Below the pieces are notes generated by a model, which worked only from the letters and a program-made list of their open reading frames with translations, was not told the DNA's origin and did not search any database. A DNA stretch of 64,000 nucleotides, taken from NCBI GenBank assembly GCA_963721805.1, contig CAVRJY010000001.1:1216001-1280000 (forward strand). Reading direction: 5' to 3'. Shown here in pieces: positions 28,716 to 37,801 of this stretch. Positions within the stretch are counted from its first letter, which is position 1. Every line of letters starts with the position of its first letter. A program made the position numbers and the translations under genes. The stretch comes from Nitrospirota bacterium (lineage in GTDB: Bacteria; Nitrospirota; Thermodesulfovibrionia; Thermodesulfovibrionales; JdFR-86).

Positions 28716-29517
28716 GGCCCCGCGAGGCGGCCATCTCAAAGAGCGCCGAGACCGCCGCCTCGCCCTCCGGCCCGACGTCCACCGAGTAGTCGTTGACGTA
28801 TAGCGCTATATGGCGTTCTATCACATCATCCGATAATTCCTGCGAGTGCTGCTTTATGTAGGAGATAGATTCATCGGGATGAGCGCGCGCGTATAGGATG
28901 CTCTCGCGGATTAGCGCCTCGACCTGTCCTATAAGCGCAGCGCCTAACGATCGCTTCATCAGTATCCCGCCGAGCGGGATGGGGCGGCCGGTAGCGCTCT
29001 CCCACCACTGCCCGAGGTCCATAAGCTGAATGAGGCCGTAGTTGCGGTAGGTGAACCTGCCCTCGTGGATTACGAGACCGGCATCGAACTCGCCAGCCGC
29101 CACGGCGGGCATGATCCGGTCAAACTGCATGGGCGTTGCGTTACGGACAAGCTCCGGGTCAAAGAGAGACAGCAGCAGGTACGCGGTGGTCATCAGCCCC
29201 GGCACCGCGATGCGCCCGCCGCGCAGCTTCTCCAAACTCATGCCCTCGCGCGCCACGACGAGCGGCCCGCACCCGCGTCCGAGCGCCCCTCCCGAGCGCA
29301 GGAGGCAATAATTATCCATCAGGGACATGATCGCACCGTAGGAGACCTTCGTGATGTCCAGCTCGCCGCCCAGCGCCATGCGGTTGAGCGTCTCGACGTC
29401 CTCGTGCCTGACCTCGAAATCAAGGCCCGGCGCGGGGATTTTGCCATGCGTGAGGGCGTGAAAGATGAATGTATCGTTAGGACAGGGCGAATAGCCAAGC
29501 GTGAGCGTACGCATCAC
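28672..29517 (-). CDS. mqnD: 1,4-dihydroxy-6-naphthoate synthase (futalosine pathway)
   Basis: YSPCPNDTFIF, DVETLN, GALGRGCGP, IHEGRFTY, IPLGG, HIALYVN. Confidence 0.93.
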   Translation of the reverse strand: MMRTLTLGYSPCPNDTFIFHALTHGKIPAPGLDFEVRHEDVETLNRMALGGELDITKVSYGAIMSLMDNYCLLRSGGALGRGCGPLVVAREGMSLEKLRGGRIAVPGLMTTAYLLLSLFDPELVRNATPMQFDRIMPAVAAGEFDAGLVIHEGRFTYRNYGLIQLMDLGQWWESATGRPIPLGGILMKRSLGAALIGQVEALIRESILYARAHPDESISYIKQHSQELSDDVIERHIALYVNDYSVDVGPEGEAAVSALFEMAASRGLIARSGAPLFLTKG

Positions 29518-30176
29518 TCCAGCTGCGCCTTAAGCGCGCTTAGCTCCGCACGCAGCGTGGCCAGCTCTGACTTAAGCGCCGAGACCTCGGCCTCGAGCCG
29601 TTCCATGCGCTCGTCCTCCGCTCGCACGCGCAAAGTGGCGGGCTCATCCTTAAGCTCAGCCTGTTCCTCCGCGATCTCGGGCGCGCCGCATAGCAGGTGC
29701 GCATAGCGGCGCTCCTTCTGGCCGCTCTGGCGCGGGAGCTTCGTAACGAGCGGCTCGGGCCGGTTCATCAGGGCATCGAGCACGGTCTCGACCTCGACCG
29801 TGTTGCCGAATGCGAACATGCGCTCGGCGCGTCCTCTTAGCTCCCCGCTCGTCTGCGGACCCCGGAGCATGAGTTCGCATATCAGCGCGACCTCTGCCGG
29901 GCCTATCTCGAACTTGCGGCCGAAGTGGTGCTCGTACTTCGGCGTGCGGCTGTCTGCGCGCATGACCTTCTCGGTGAGTCCCGCCTGCCTCAGGCGGTCG
30001 AGGCCGCGCACGACCGTGCCCTCGTCGAAGCTGACGATGGGGTGGCGGTTGGACTTCTGGTTGCAGGCGTTGACGAGCGCGTTAAGCGTAAGCGGATAGT
30101 ACTCAGGCGTCGTGAGCTGTTTCTCTATCAGCGAGCCCAGTACGCGGGCCTCTATCGCATCGAGCAATGGTTCCAT
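29514..30176 (-). CDS. YceH/DUF480 family protein
   Basis: EARVLGSLIEK..TTPEYYPLTLNAL..ACNQKSNR, LRGPQT.GEL. Confidence 0.9.
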   Translation of the reverse strand: MEPLLDAIEARVLGSLIEKQLTTPEYYPLTLNALVNACNQKSNRHPIVSFDEGTVVRGLDRLRQAGLTEKVMRADSRTPKYEHHFGRKFEIGPAEVALICELMLRGPQTSGELRGRAERMFAFGNTVEVETVLDALMNRPEPLVTKLPRQSGQKERRYAHLLCGAPEIAEEQAELKDEPATLRVRAEDERMERLEAEVSALKSELATLRAELSALKAQLE

Positions 30177-30208
30177 ATATTTACATTACGCATCAGCGAG
30201 GGCAAAAT

Positions 30209-31471
30209 TCAATGGCCCGAGGCTCCGCGCCTGCCCGAGAGCGCGTATATCGCGGTCGTAGTGATAAGAGCGAGCGCGAGTATCCCGGCCGCCCCGACCA
30301 CGCTGTTAAGCAGCTTCGGCCGTGCTATCAGCGCAACGCCGAGGTATCCCATCATCAGGCCCGAAAGCAGCTTCAGGAGCCGCCCCTCGGTCTCGCTCAG
30401 CTTCCTCCCGCCGAGCGTCACTACGAACAGCGCCACGATCACCGCAAGCGGTATGACGTAGACCACGTTATAACACGCGAGGTAGAGGTAATACGTGCTC
30501 CAGGGAAGCTTGTGGAGCGTGAGCACCCGCGTGTAGACCATCGGGAACCCCGCTGTGCACAACAGCTCGTATGCGTTTGCGGCCGCCGCGAGCACGACCG
30601 TCCCGGCCAGCATCGAGGGCATGCTGGACGCCTTGATAAGCCCCCTCATGCGCTCAAAGAGCATCGGCTTTGCGGCCTCGGGGATCGAGAGCGAGACGCC
30701 CTGCTTGAACGCGAAGAAGTCCTTTACGTTTATCGCCCCGGCTACAACGGCGCCGCCGCCCGCGACCGTCGTGATGAGCGCGATATTGCCGACTATCACG
30801 AAGAAGTTCAGCCACGCGGCCATGAACAGGAAATAGACCAGTCCCGAGAAGAATACAAACGTGCCGCCCACGATCAGCATCCGCGTGCGGCTCCGCGCGT
30901 GCACGAGCAGGCTCAGCAGGAACATCAGGACGAAGAGCGCGCAGGGGTTGAAGCTGTCGAGCCCGCCGAGTATGAGCGTCAGCAGCGGCAGCGAGATCGC
31001 GGATGCGTCGAGGCTGCCGAGCAGCGGTATCGTGACCGTCGTGGGTGGTTTCTCCTCGACGGGTGCGGGGTTTGGCGGTCGGTCGTGGTTCGCCTGCACT
31101 ATGCCCTCGATCCCGCGTGCCGTGTCCTCGCTGAAGCCCATGAATACCTGGTTTCCGATCACCGTGACAGGCACCGAGACGGCCGTTATCCCGGCCTTCG
31201 CGGCGAACGCCTGAAACAGCCTCGCGTTTCCTTCGTTATGCCAGACCTCCAGGTCAGTCACCCTGAGCTCTGGATACCGCTCGATCAACCCCGCCAGGAA
31301 CCTCTGCTCCTCGGCACAGTGAGGGCAGCCCTCGCCCCGGAACAAGAGGATGCTGACCTCGCGCGTGGCTGGCTTCTCATCGCGCGGCTGCGCGGTCGCC
31401 GGAGAGGCGGGCACGATTGATATGAGCAGCATGATTATCAGGAGCATCTTGCGTGTCGTCATCTGATCCAT
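30209..31471 (-). CDS. thioredoxin/glutaredoxin-like CPHC domain fused to a DsbD/CcdA-like membrane domain
   Basis: GCPHC, SVP, DSFNPCA, ELLCTAGFP; start approximate. Confidence 0.8.
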   Translation of the reverse strand: MDQMTTRKMLLIIMLLISIVPASPATAQPRDEKPATREVSILLFRGEGCPHCAEEQRFLAGLIERYPELRVTDLEVWHNEGNARLFQAFAAKAGITAVSVPVTVIGNQVFMGFSEDTARGIEGIVQANHDRPPNPAPVEEKPPTTVTIPLLGSLDASAISLPLLTLILGGLDSFNPCALFVLMFLLSLLVHARSRTRMLIVGGTFVFFSGLVYFLFMAAWLNFFVIVGNIALITTVAGGGAVVAGAINVKDFFAFKQGVSLSIPEAAKPMLFERMRGLIKASSMPSMLAGTVVLAAAANAYELLCTAGFPMVYTRVLTLHKLPWSTYYLYLACYNVVYVIPLAVIVALFVVTLGGRKLSETEGRLLKLLSGLMMGYLGVALIARPKLLNSVVGAAGILALALITTTAIYALSGRRGASGH

Positions 31472-31586
31472 TATCTCACCAAGCGTGATCACCCGCAATC
31501 ATGCAAATATTGTCTTTTAGCGTATTGTCGTTTATACTGACTTCGGTCGTTGACCGAAATGCGGAATCGCAATAAGGGGAGGGGTC

Positions 31587-31787
31587 ATGCTAAAAAGGGT
31601 TGTGTTGGGATGTCTCGTGCTCGGTGGAGTATTCCTTGCCGGGTGCGCTCCGGTGAAGATCACAAAATGCAAGATCGAGTACAAGTACGAGAACGGGCAG
31701 AAGGTCATGGAGTATTCCGAGTGCATCGAGCAGGTGCCCGAGAAGATGCCGCCGATTCACCTCAAAAACGTGGAGCTGTATGAATGA
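31587..31787 (+). CDS. small lipoprotein
   Basis: GGAGG SD; lipobox LAGC. Confidence 0.65.
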   Translation: MLKRVVLGCLVLGGVFLAGCAPVKITKCKIEYKYENGQKVMEYSECIEQVPEKMPPIHLKNVELYE

Positions 31788-32185
31788 TCGGCTCCAAGGT
31801 GAATAGACCGGCGGGATATCTGGTCGGAGCTATGCTCGTTTTTTTTCTTGTCGCGGGCTGCTCATCCGCCGGAAGGCAATTCGATCCAGCACGGTTTTCA
31901 AGCTCCATTGAAAAGGGCAAATCAACAAAGAAGGATGTGATCGAGATATGCGGCCAGCCGCTCTCGACCCGGTTCGATTCCACCTCCGGGGTGGAGACCT
32001 GGCACTATGCCGCTGTCAACAAACATGTGACGGGCACGGGTGTGGTAACCAATCTCATCGGTATTGGCACTGAATGGCAATCCGATACGATGCTGCTTGA
32101 TGTCCAGTTCAAAGGCGACACGGTCGAGGAGTACCAGATGGAGACGTCAAGCAGGACGCAGATGCATCAATCCCTGGCGCGATAA
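31784..32185 (+). CDS. lipoprotein, BamE/SmpA-like
   Basis: VAGC lipobox; IEKGKSTKKDV...GQP...ETWHY; ATGA overlap with the previous gene. Confidence 0.7.
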   Translation: MIGSKVNRPAGYLVGAMLVFFLVAGCSSAGRQFDPARFSSSIEKGKSTKKDVIEICGQPLSTRFDSTSGVETWHYAAVNKHVTGTGVVTNLIGIGTEWQSDTMLLDVQFKGDTVEEYQMETSSRTQMHQSLAR

Positions 32186-32210
32186 ATCGTTAATAAGGCG
32201 TGAAGATAAG

Positions 32211-32240
32211 ATCGGGGGCCTTCGGGCCTCCGATTTCTTT
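32211..32240 (+). terminator. intrinsic terminator
   Basis: ATCGGGGGCC-TTCG-GGCCTCCGAT followed by TTCTTT. Confidence 0.75.
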
Positions 32241-32526
32241 GTAATGAATTAATGGCCAAGCACATGAGGGCATGCAACAGCCAGCTTGCCGTTCTGTGCC
32301 GCATCAGGCAAGCCCGCCGAGCGAACCGAAGTATTTATCGGGGAATGGATTACCCGCAATCAGATGTTTGAGGACATGGAAGCCCGAGTTGATTGTGGGT
32401 CGATAAATACTAGGGAAAGCGAGCGCTTTTTGGCGCAGCCGGAGCGGCGAGTTTTTATCCAACTTTTGGAAATGTTGGTCGGGTGTGGGAGCGCGCAGCT
32501 CCCACAATAAAATAAGCCAGATTAGT

Positions 32527-32766
32527 CTATTCCCGTGGAAGCCATCCTTTTTCATTTCGTTTTGGTATTGTGATCCCATTAGCTCTTAGATGAGCAGTGA
32601 CTTTGCCTTCATAATGAGGGGCCCAGCCGTCCCAATTGCTGTCATAGCAGCTTTTACATACTGTAAGGTTATAGGTTGAAATATGTTTTCCGTTATATGC
32701 ATGAGGACCGAACTGGAATTCACGACCGCATATCTGACAACGTACCGTATTAGGTGAGTTATCCAT
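32527..32766 (-). CDS. small hypothetical protein with two CxxC motifs, AT-rich
   Basis: CQIC...CKSC, NWDGWAP; GGAG upstream. Confidence 0.55.
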   Translation of the reverse strand: MDNSPNTVRCQICGREFQFGPHAYNGKHISTYNLTVCKSCYDSNWDGWAPHYEGKVTAHLRANGITIPKRNEKGWLPRE

Positions 32767-32840
32767 TGGATGTACTCCTATGATGAATAGTTACAGTTAA
32801 AGTTGGTTAACATACACTATATAACCTATTTTATTTGAAA

Positions 32841-32869
32841 ACCGGGGGGCGCAAGTCGCGCCCCCCGGT
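32841..32869 (-). terminator. groEL terminator
   Basis: ACCGGGGGGCGC...GCGCCCCCCGGT hairpin just after the groEL stop, T-run on the minus strand. Confidence 0.8.
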
Positions 32870-32888
32870 GAGTAATTTAGCCAAAATT

Positions 32889-34526
32889 TTAGTACATCCC
32901 GCCCATGCCGCCGCCACCCATCGGGGGCATCTGCATCTTGCCGCCTTCTTCCGGAATGTCGGAGATCATGACCGAGGTCGTGAGCATCAGCGAACTGACG
33001 GACGCCGCGTTCTGAAGTGCGCAGCGCGTGACCTTCGTCGGGTCGATGATCCCGGCCTTTATCATGTCCACGTACTCGTCCGCCTGGGCGTCGAAGCCGT
33101 AGTTCACGGTCTTGTTGGCCAGGACCTTCTCGAGCACAACGGAGCCCTCGAGCCCGGCGTTGTTGACGATCTGCCTGATCGGCTCGGTGATGGCCTCCTT
33201 GACGATGTTGACGCCAAGCTGCTCGTCGTGGTTGAGGCTCTTGACGCCGTCGAGCGACTTCATGCACCTAAGCAGCGCAACGCCGCCTCCGGGCACGATG
33301 CCTTCCTCGACCGCCGCGCGGGTTGCGTGCAGGGCGTCCTCGACGCGGGCCTTCTTCTCTTTCATCTCGGTCTCGGTCGCGGCGCCTACGTTGATGACCG
33401 CAACGCCTCCGACGAGCTTCGCGAGCCTCTCCTGGAGCTTCTCGCGGTCATAGTCCGAGGTGGTCTCGTCGATCTGGGTCTTGATCTGCTTGACGCGGCC
33501 CTGGATCTTGGCCGGCTCTCCCGCGCCCTCGACGATGGTGGTGTTCTCCTTGTCGATGTTGATCTTCTTGGCGCGGCCGAGGTCCTTGATCGTGATGCTC
33601 TCAAGCTTGATGCCGATGTCCTCGGTGATCATCTGGCCGCCGGTGAGGATCGCGATGTCCTCGAGCATGGCCTTCCTGCGGTCGCCGAAGCCGGGGGCCT
33701 TTACGGCCGCGACCTGCAGCGTGCCGCGCAGCTTATTGACCACCAAGGTGGCGAGGGCCTCGCCCTCGACGTCTTCGGATATGATCAGCAGCGGGCGGCC
33801 CATCTTAGCGATCTGTTCAAGGATCGGGAGGAGGTCCTTCATCGCGGAGATCTTCTTTTCGTTGATGAGGATGAAGGCGTCTTCGAGCACGCACTCCATG
33901 CGGTCGGGGTCCGTTACGAAGTAGGGTGAGAGGTATCCGCGGTCGAACTGCATGCCCTCGACTATGTCGAGCGAGGTGGCCATGCTCTTGGCCTCCTCGA
34001 CGGTGATGACGCCGTCCTTGCCGACCTTGTCCATCGCATCGGCGATCAGCTCGCCGATCGAGTGGTCGTTGTTGGCCGAGATCGTGCCTACCTGTGCGAT
34101 CTCCTTCTTGTCAGCGACGGACTTGCTCATCTTCTTGAGCTCCTCGACTATCACGACCACGGCCTTCTCGATGCCGCGCTTGAGGTCCATCGGGTTCGCG
34201 CCGGCGACTACGTTCTTCATGCCGGCCTTGTAGATTGCGTACGCGATGACAGTGGCGGTCGTGGTGCCGTCACCGGCCACGTCGGAGGTCTTCGAGGCGA
34301 CCTCGCGCACGAGCTGCGCGCCCATGTTCTCCCACGGGTCCTTGAGCTCGATCTCCTTGGCCACGGTCACGCCGTCCTTGGTTATCGTCGGCGCGCCGAA
34401 CTTCTTCTCTATGATAGCGTTGCGGCCCTTGGGGCCGAGTGTGGCCTTTACCGCGTCGCTGAGCTGCTTTACGCCCTGAAACATGGCCGAACGGGCGGCC
34501 TCGTCAAACAGAAGCTGTTTTGCCAT
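32889..34526 (-). CDS. groL: chaperonin GroEL
   Basis: [30 protein letters not shown] tail. Confidence 0.99.
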   Translation of the reverse strand: MAKQLLFDEAARSAMFQGVKQLSDAVKATLGPKGRNAIIEKKFGAPTITKDGVTVAKEIELKDPWENMGAQLVREVASKTSDVAGDGTTTATVIAYAIYKAGMKNVVAGANPMDLKRGIEKAVVVIVEELKKMSKSVADKKEIAQVGTISANNDHSIGELIADAMDKVGKDGVITVEEAKSMATSLDIVEGMQFDRGYLSPYFVTDPDRMECVLEDAFILINEKKISAMKDLLPILEQIAKMGRPLLIISEDVEGEALATLVVNKLRGTLQVAAVKAPGFGDRRKAMLEDIAILTGGQMITEDIGIKLESITIKDLGRAKKINIDKENTTIVEGAGEPAKIQGRVKQIKTQIDETTSDYDREKLQERLAKLVGGVAVINVGAATETEMKEKKARVEDALHATRAAVEEGIVPGGGVALLRCMKSLDGVKSLNHDEQLGVNIVKEAITEPIRQIVNNAGLEGSVVLEKVLANKTVNYGFDAQADEYVDMIKAGIIDPTKVTRCALQNAASVSSLMLTTSVMISDIPEEGGKMQMPPMGGGGMGGMY

Positions 34527-34544
34527 TTCTGTGGTATCTCCTTG

Positions 34545-34811
34545 TTAATTCTGGATTATGCCGAGGAGGTCTTCCTCTTTTACGATGAGGTGGTCTTTGT
34601 CGTCGATCTTGATCTTCGAGCCCGAGTACCTGTCAAACAGGACGATATCGCCGACCTTGACCTCTTTGACGTCCGAGCCGACGGCCTCGACCTTGCCCTG
34701 CTGCGGCTTTTCCTTGTTTGCGGTGTCCGGGACGTACAGTCCCCCTGCGGTCTTCTCCGGCTCTTCCGCGAAGCTGACCCACACCCTGTCTTTAAGCGGC
34801 TTGATTTTCAT
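34545..34811 (-). CDS. groS: co-chaperonin GroES
   Basis: [27 protein letters not shown]. Confidence 0.97.
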   Translation of the reverse strand: MKIKPLKDRVWVSFAEEPEKTAGGLYVPDTANKEKPQQGKVEAVGSDVKEVKVGDIVLFDRYSGSKIKIDDKDHLIVKEEDLLGIIQN

Positions 34812-34847
34812 CAGTTGAGTCTCCTTTCGTTATGGTTCTGGGAGTTG

Positions 34848-34874
34848 TTAGCACTCCATCCAAGTGAGTGCTAA
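34848..34874. promoter_or_regulatory. CIRCE element (HrcA operator)
   Basis: Exact TTAGCACTC-N9-GAGTGCTAA upstream of groES. Confidence 0.95.
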
Positions 34875-35037
34875 GTGTACATCGTTTGGTTCCCCAGAGG
34901 CAAGCGGCGTGAAAATCCGATGGATAGCCGGAATTGTAGAATAGTCATAAATAACTCCTTAAAGCTCTCATTTATGGAGATTTGCGCCGAATTGCGCTGG
35001 ACATAATCCAGCTTACGTGAAAGCGCGATAGCTTTCA

Positions 35038-35618
35038 TGAAAGCGCTCCAAATCGCTTGATACGTCGTTGGGCATCGAAGACTCGCCCTCTATGTACGCC
35101 CAAGTACACCATCGGGGTGCCACGGGCACCTCTTTCCAAGGAGAGGGGCCAACTGGCCCCCTTGTCTGAAGCCGATTTGGGCGCGCTTTCGGGGGGCACT
35201 GCAACGGAAGCCCCCCGCGCCCCGAAGGTCAAAGGCATGATAAGAAAAAGCATGTCCGGATGCTCGCGCTTAGGTATAGTTACGCATTCCGCGCGCGCAC
35301 GCGCGCGTTTTTGCCGATTTTGTTCGGATGTTGGGCGTAAAAAAGGGGCTAACCATGCGGATAATATCATTTTCCTGATCGGGTCTTGTTCGGATGTTCG
35401 GATGTTTTTGGCCGAAAATAGGTCGATGTTCGAATCCCAATTGTGCTTGGTACTCCCGACCTCCGGGTTCATTGATTTTGTCTCTATATACATCATGCCA
35501 TATTGAAGCACAACGAAATGAAAAAAGCGATAACCTACGGTTTATATATAAACCAAAGGTTATAGGAAAAATTGATCCCCGTGCGTTTTCTACTAACTTC
35601 CGACTAACTATAGTTAGT
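35038..35618 (-). repeat. 'End B' composite repeat, copy 2 (inverted, about 580 bp)
   Basis: Reverse complement shares colinear blocks with 4711-5234. Confidence 0.88.
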
Positions 35619-35884
35619 GATAAGTCGATTGCATTCGTTAAGGTTTGTGGGAGTTTTTGATTGTTTCTGTATGTCTCTACATGATAATATATATACGTGT
35701 AAATTCTTTTATATTGGGGAGCGATCATGAACCATACAATAATGCTGCCTAGCAACTTTGGGACGAAAAAGTATGGTTTCTTTGATTTCAATGACTTACT
35801 CGCAATATTCGATTGGACAATTAAAAATGCGAATGTTGTGATAAGTTTCGAGGAAAATAATAGAGGGAACTTTCAGGCTTTAAC

Positions 35885-36480
35885 GAAAACCATGCCAGTA
35901 TGCCCCGTGGCTTGCCACGGGGATGAATGGCATCCCTGCCGGGGGGATGTAAGGGGGGCTGGAAGTCCCCCTTTCCCGCCGAGGCAATTGCGGGCTATCA
36001 TGAGGCATGGGGTTACGCAGGACGAGTCACGCTGTATATGACACCGGGTACCATCTGGTATGGTGTCCTAAGTATCGCAAGAGACTGTTCGCGCAAAGTT
36101 ACATGCGCGAGCGGTGCGCGGAACTTTTCAGGGAGATAGCTGAAGAGTATGAATATGAGATAGTGGAGATGGAAGTGGCGGAGGACCATGTGCATATATT
36201 TCTATCGTTCCCGCCACGGTACTCGATAGGGGTGGTGGTCAGAACCCTGAAAAGTATCAGCGCCCGTGAGCTGTTCAAGCAATACCCATCGCTGAGGCAA
36301 AGACTATGGAAGGGTGAGCTGTGGGAGGATGGGTACTTTGCGCGGACAGTCGGGGACAGCTTGACCTCGGAAATGATCCGCAAATACATACGCGGCCACA
36401 GAGCAGAGAAGCAATTGCCTGCGCAGCTGGACTTATAGCTGCGCCACGGATGCCCCGTGGCTTGCCACGGGGAGCTTCAC
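35885..36480 (+). mobile_element. IS200/IS605-family insertion sequence, tnpA only, 596 bp
   Basis: Identical subterminal hairpins ATGCCCCGTGGCTTGCCACGGGGA at 35900-35923 and 36450-36473; ends in TTCAC; no target duplication. Confidence 0.9.
36007..36438 (+). CDS. tnpA: IS200/IS605 Y1 (HUH) transposase
   Basis: YHLVWCPKYR, DHVH, LKSISAR, LWEDGYF, IRKYI. Confidence 0.95.
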   Translation: MGLRRTSHAVYDTGYHLVWCPKYRKRLFAQSYMRERCAELFREIAEEYEYEIVEMEVAEDHVHIFLSFPPRYSIGVVVRTLKSISARELFKQYPSLRQRLWKGELWEDGYFARTVGDSLTSEMIRKYIRGHRAEKQLPAQLDL

Positions 36481-37632
36481 TTTATTAATACTTTACATAT
36501 GGTATTTAAGGATTAATAATTGCAAAATTACAATTAAATTTAGGAAGGGAAGTTCACTAGTTAGACGTCTTGGGGCAACGGGGTCCTGGGAGAAAATGAG
36601 GGCAGAGTCGTGGCAAGATGTATTGGAAAATACTATTGAGAATTTTCCTGACAGTATGTATAAACCTTTGATTGCAGTTAGGAATAAACTTGATTTCGAA
36701 AAGACGTTAGAAAAATTGCAATCTTATACTTCAGGGTTTAATATTGAATATGAAAAAACTCTTAGGCACATTATAGCAGAGTTGCTATACAATACTATGG
36801 AACATGGTAAGGCTATAAATCTAAGCCTAAACATACCATCCTTAATCCAATTTACATGGTATCAGAGAGTTAATGAACTTCATTTTATAATTGCCGACCT
36901 AGGTGTTGGCATTAAGAGACATCTTGAACAAGCATATCTTCCGTTCCATGACGATAAAAGTGCTATTTTGGAATCTTTAAGGCCGAATGTATCTGGCACC
37001 TTTGGCATATTAGACCCATATAAAAGTAAAGACAATGCTGGTTATGGATTATTTCTTTCGAGTAATATAATAAGAAGATTAAATGCCGACATGAATATTG
37101 TTTCCGGTAATGGTCATGTGCATATTTCACCGAAGGATACTACAGCTCATCAATTGGATTATTATTGGCCTGGTACATTTGTTCTGGTTAATATAAGTTT
37201 AAGCAATAACGAAGCGATTAGTTTGCAAAAGCTATTATCAGAGTTTAGACAGTCAGCTGAACTCGAATTAAGTGATGCTGAGCTAACAGAGTCTGATAAG
37301 TATCACTACTTGAGTGTTTTCAATTTTTTCGGCAAATATGCTGAAGATAAAGAGTCAGCTATAAAATACCGCGATAATTATATTACTCCTTCACTTAATC
37401 AGGGAAAATCATTACATATTGACTTCAGTAATGTTCTTGCTGCTCCACATAGTTTTTTGAGTGCATTACTGGCGACTCCTATTCATAATCTTGGAATGTC
37501 TGCATACAAAAAAATTAAAATAACGAATGCTCCCCCAGATATCCGTGAAACAATTGATTACATTCTAAACGAAAATACTTAATGGCAACATGGGCCGGGG
37601 GCTTCTCAACTCCCCGAAAGCACGAGAACACC

Positions 37633-37793
37633 AATAATGCCGTTGACCGCTCGCACGCTTAGGTAATGGAAACTTAAGGTGCGATAAATTGCGTCAGACT
37701 AGGAACGGCGAGCAGACCGCCCGGAGGTGTATCGTGATATACATTGAGGACGAGGCTGCAAGCCGTGACAACGTATCACGCAACTTTAGCGCG
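37633..37793 (-). repeat. 'End A' structured repeat, copy 2 (inverted)
   Basis: Reverse complement aligns with 3796-3955; begins about 8 nt after the nuoN stop. Confidence 0.9.
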
Positions 37794-37801
37794 CCTTGGA
37801 G

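Larger units (their letters stand above)
35727..37582 (+). pseudogene. AT-rich GHKL/HATPase plus C-terminal STAS-like (DUF4325-like) gene interrupted by an IS; 419 aa when rejoined
   Basis: ELLYNTMEHG, IADLGVGI, NAGYGL, WPGT; DFSNV...SFLSAL; deleting 35885-36480 gives a continuous frame ...NFQALTLLILYIWYL... Confidence 0.8.

Noticed and set aside
35885..36480. TnpB/omega RNA system
   Set aside because: The element contains only tnpA, with 42 nt between its stop and the right end.
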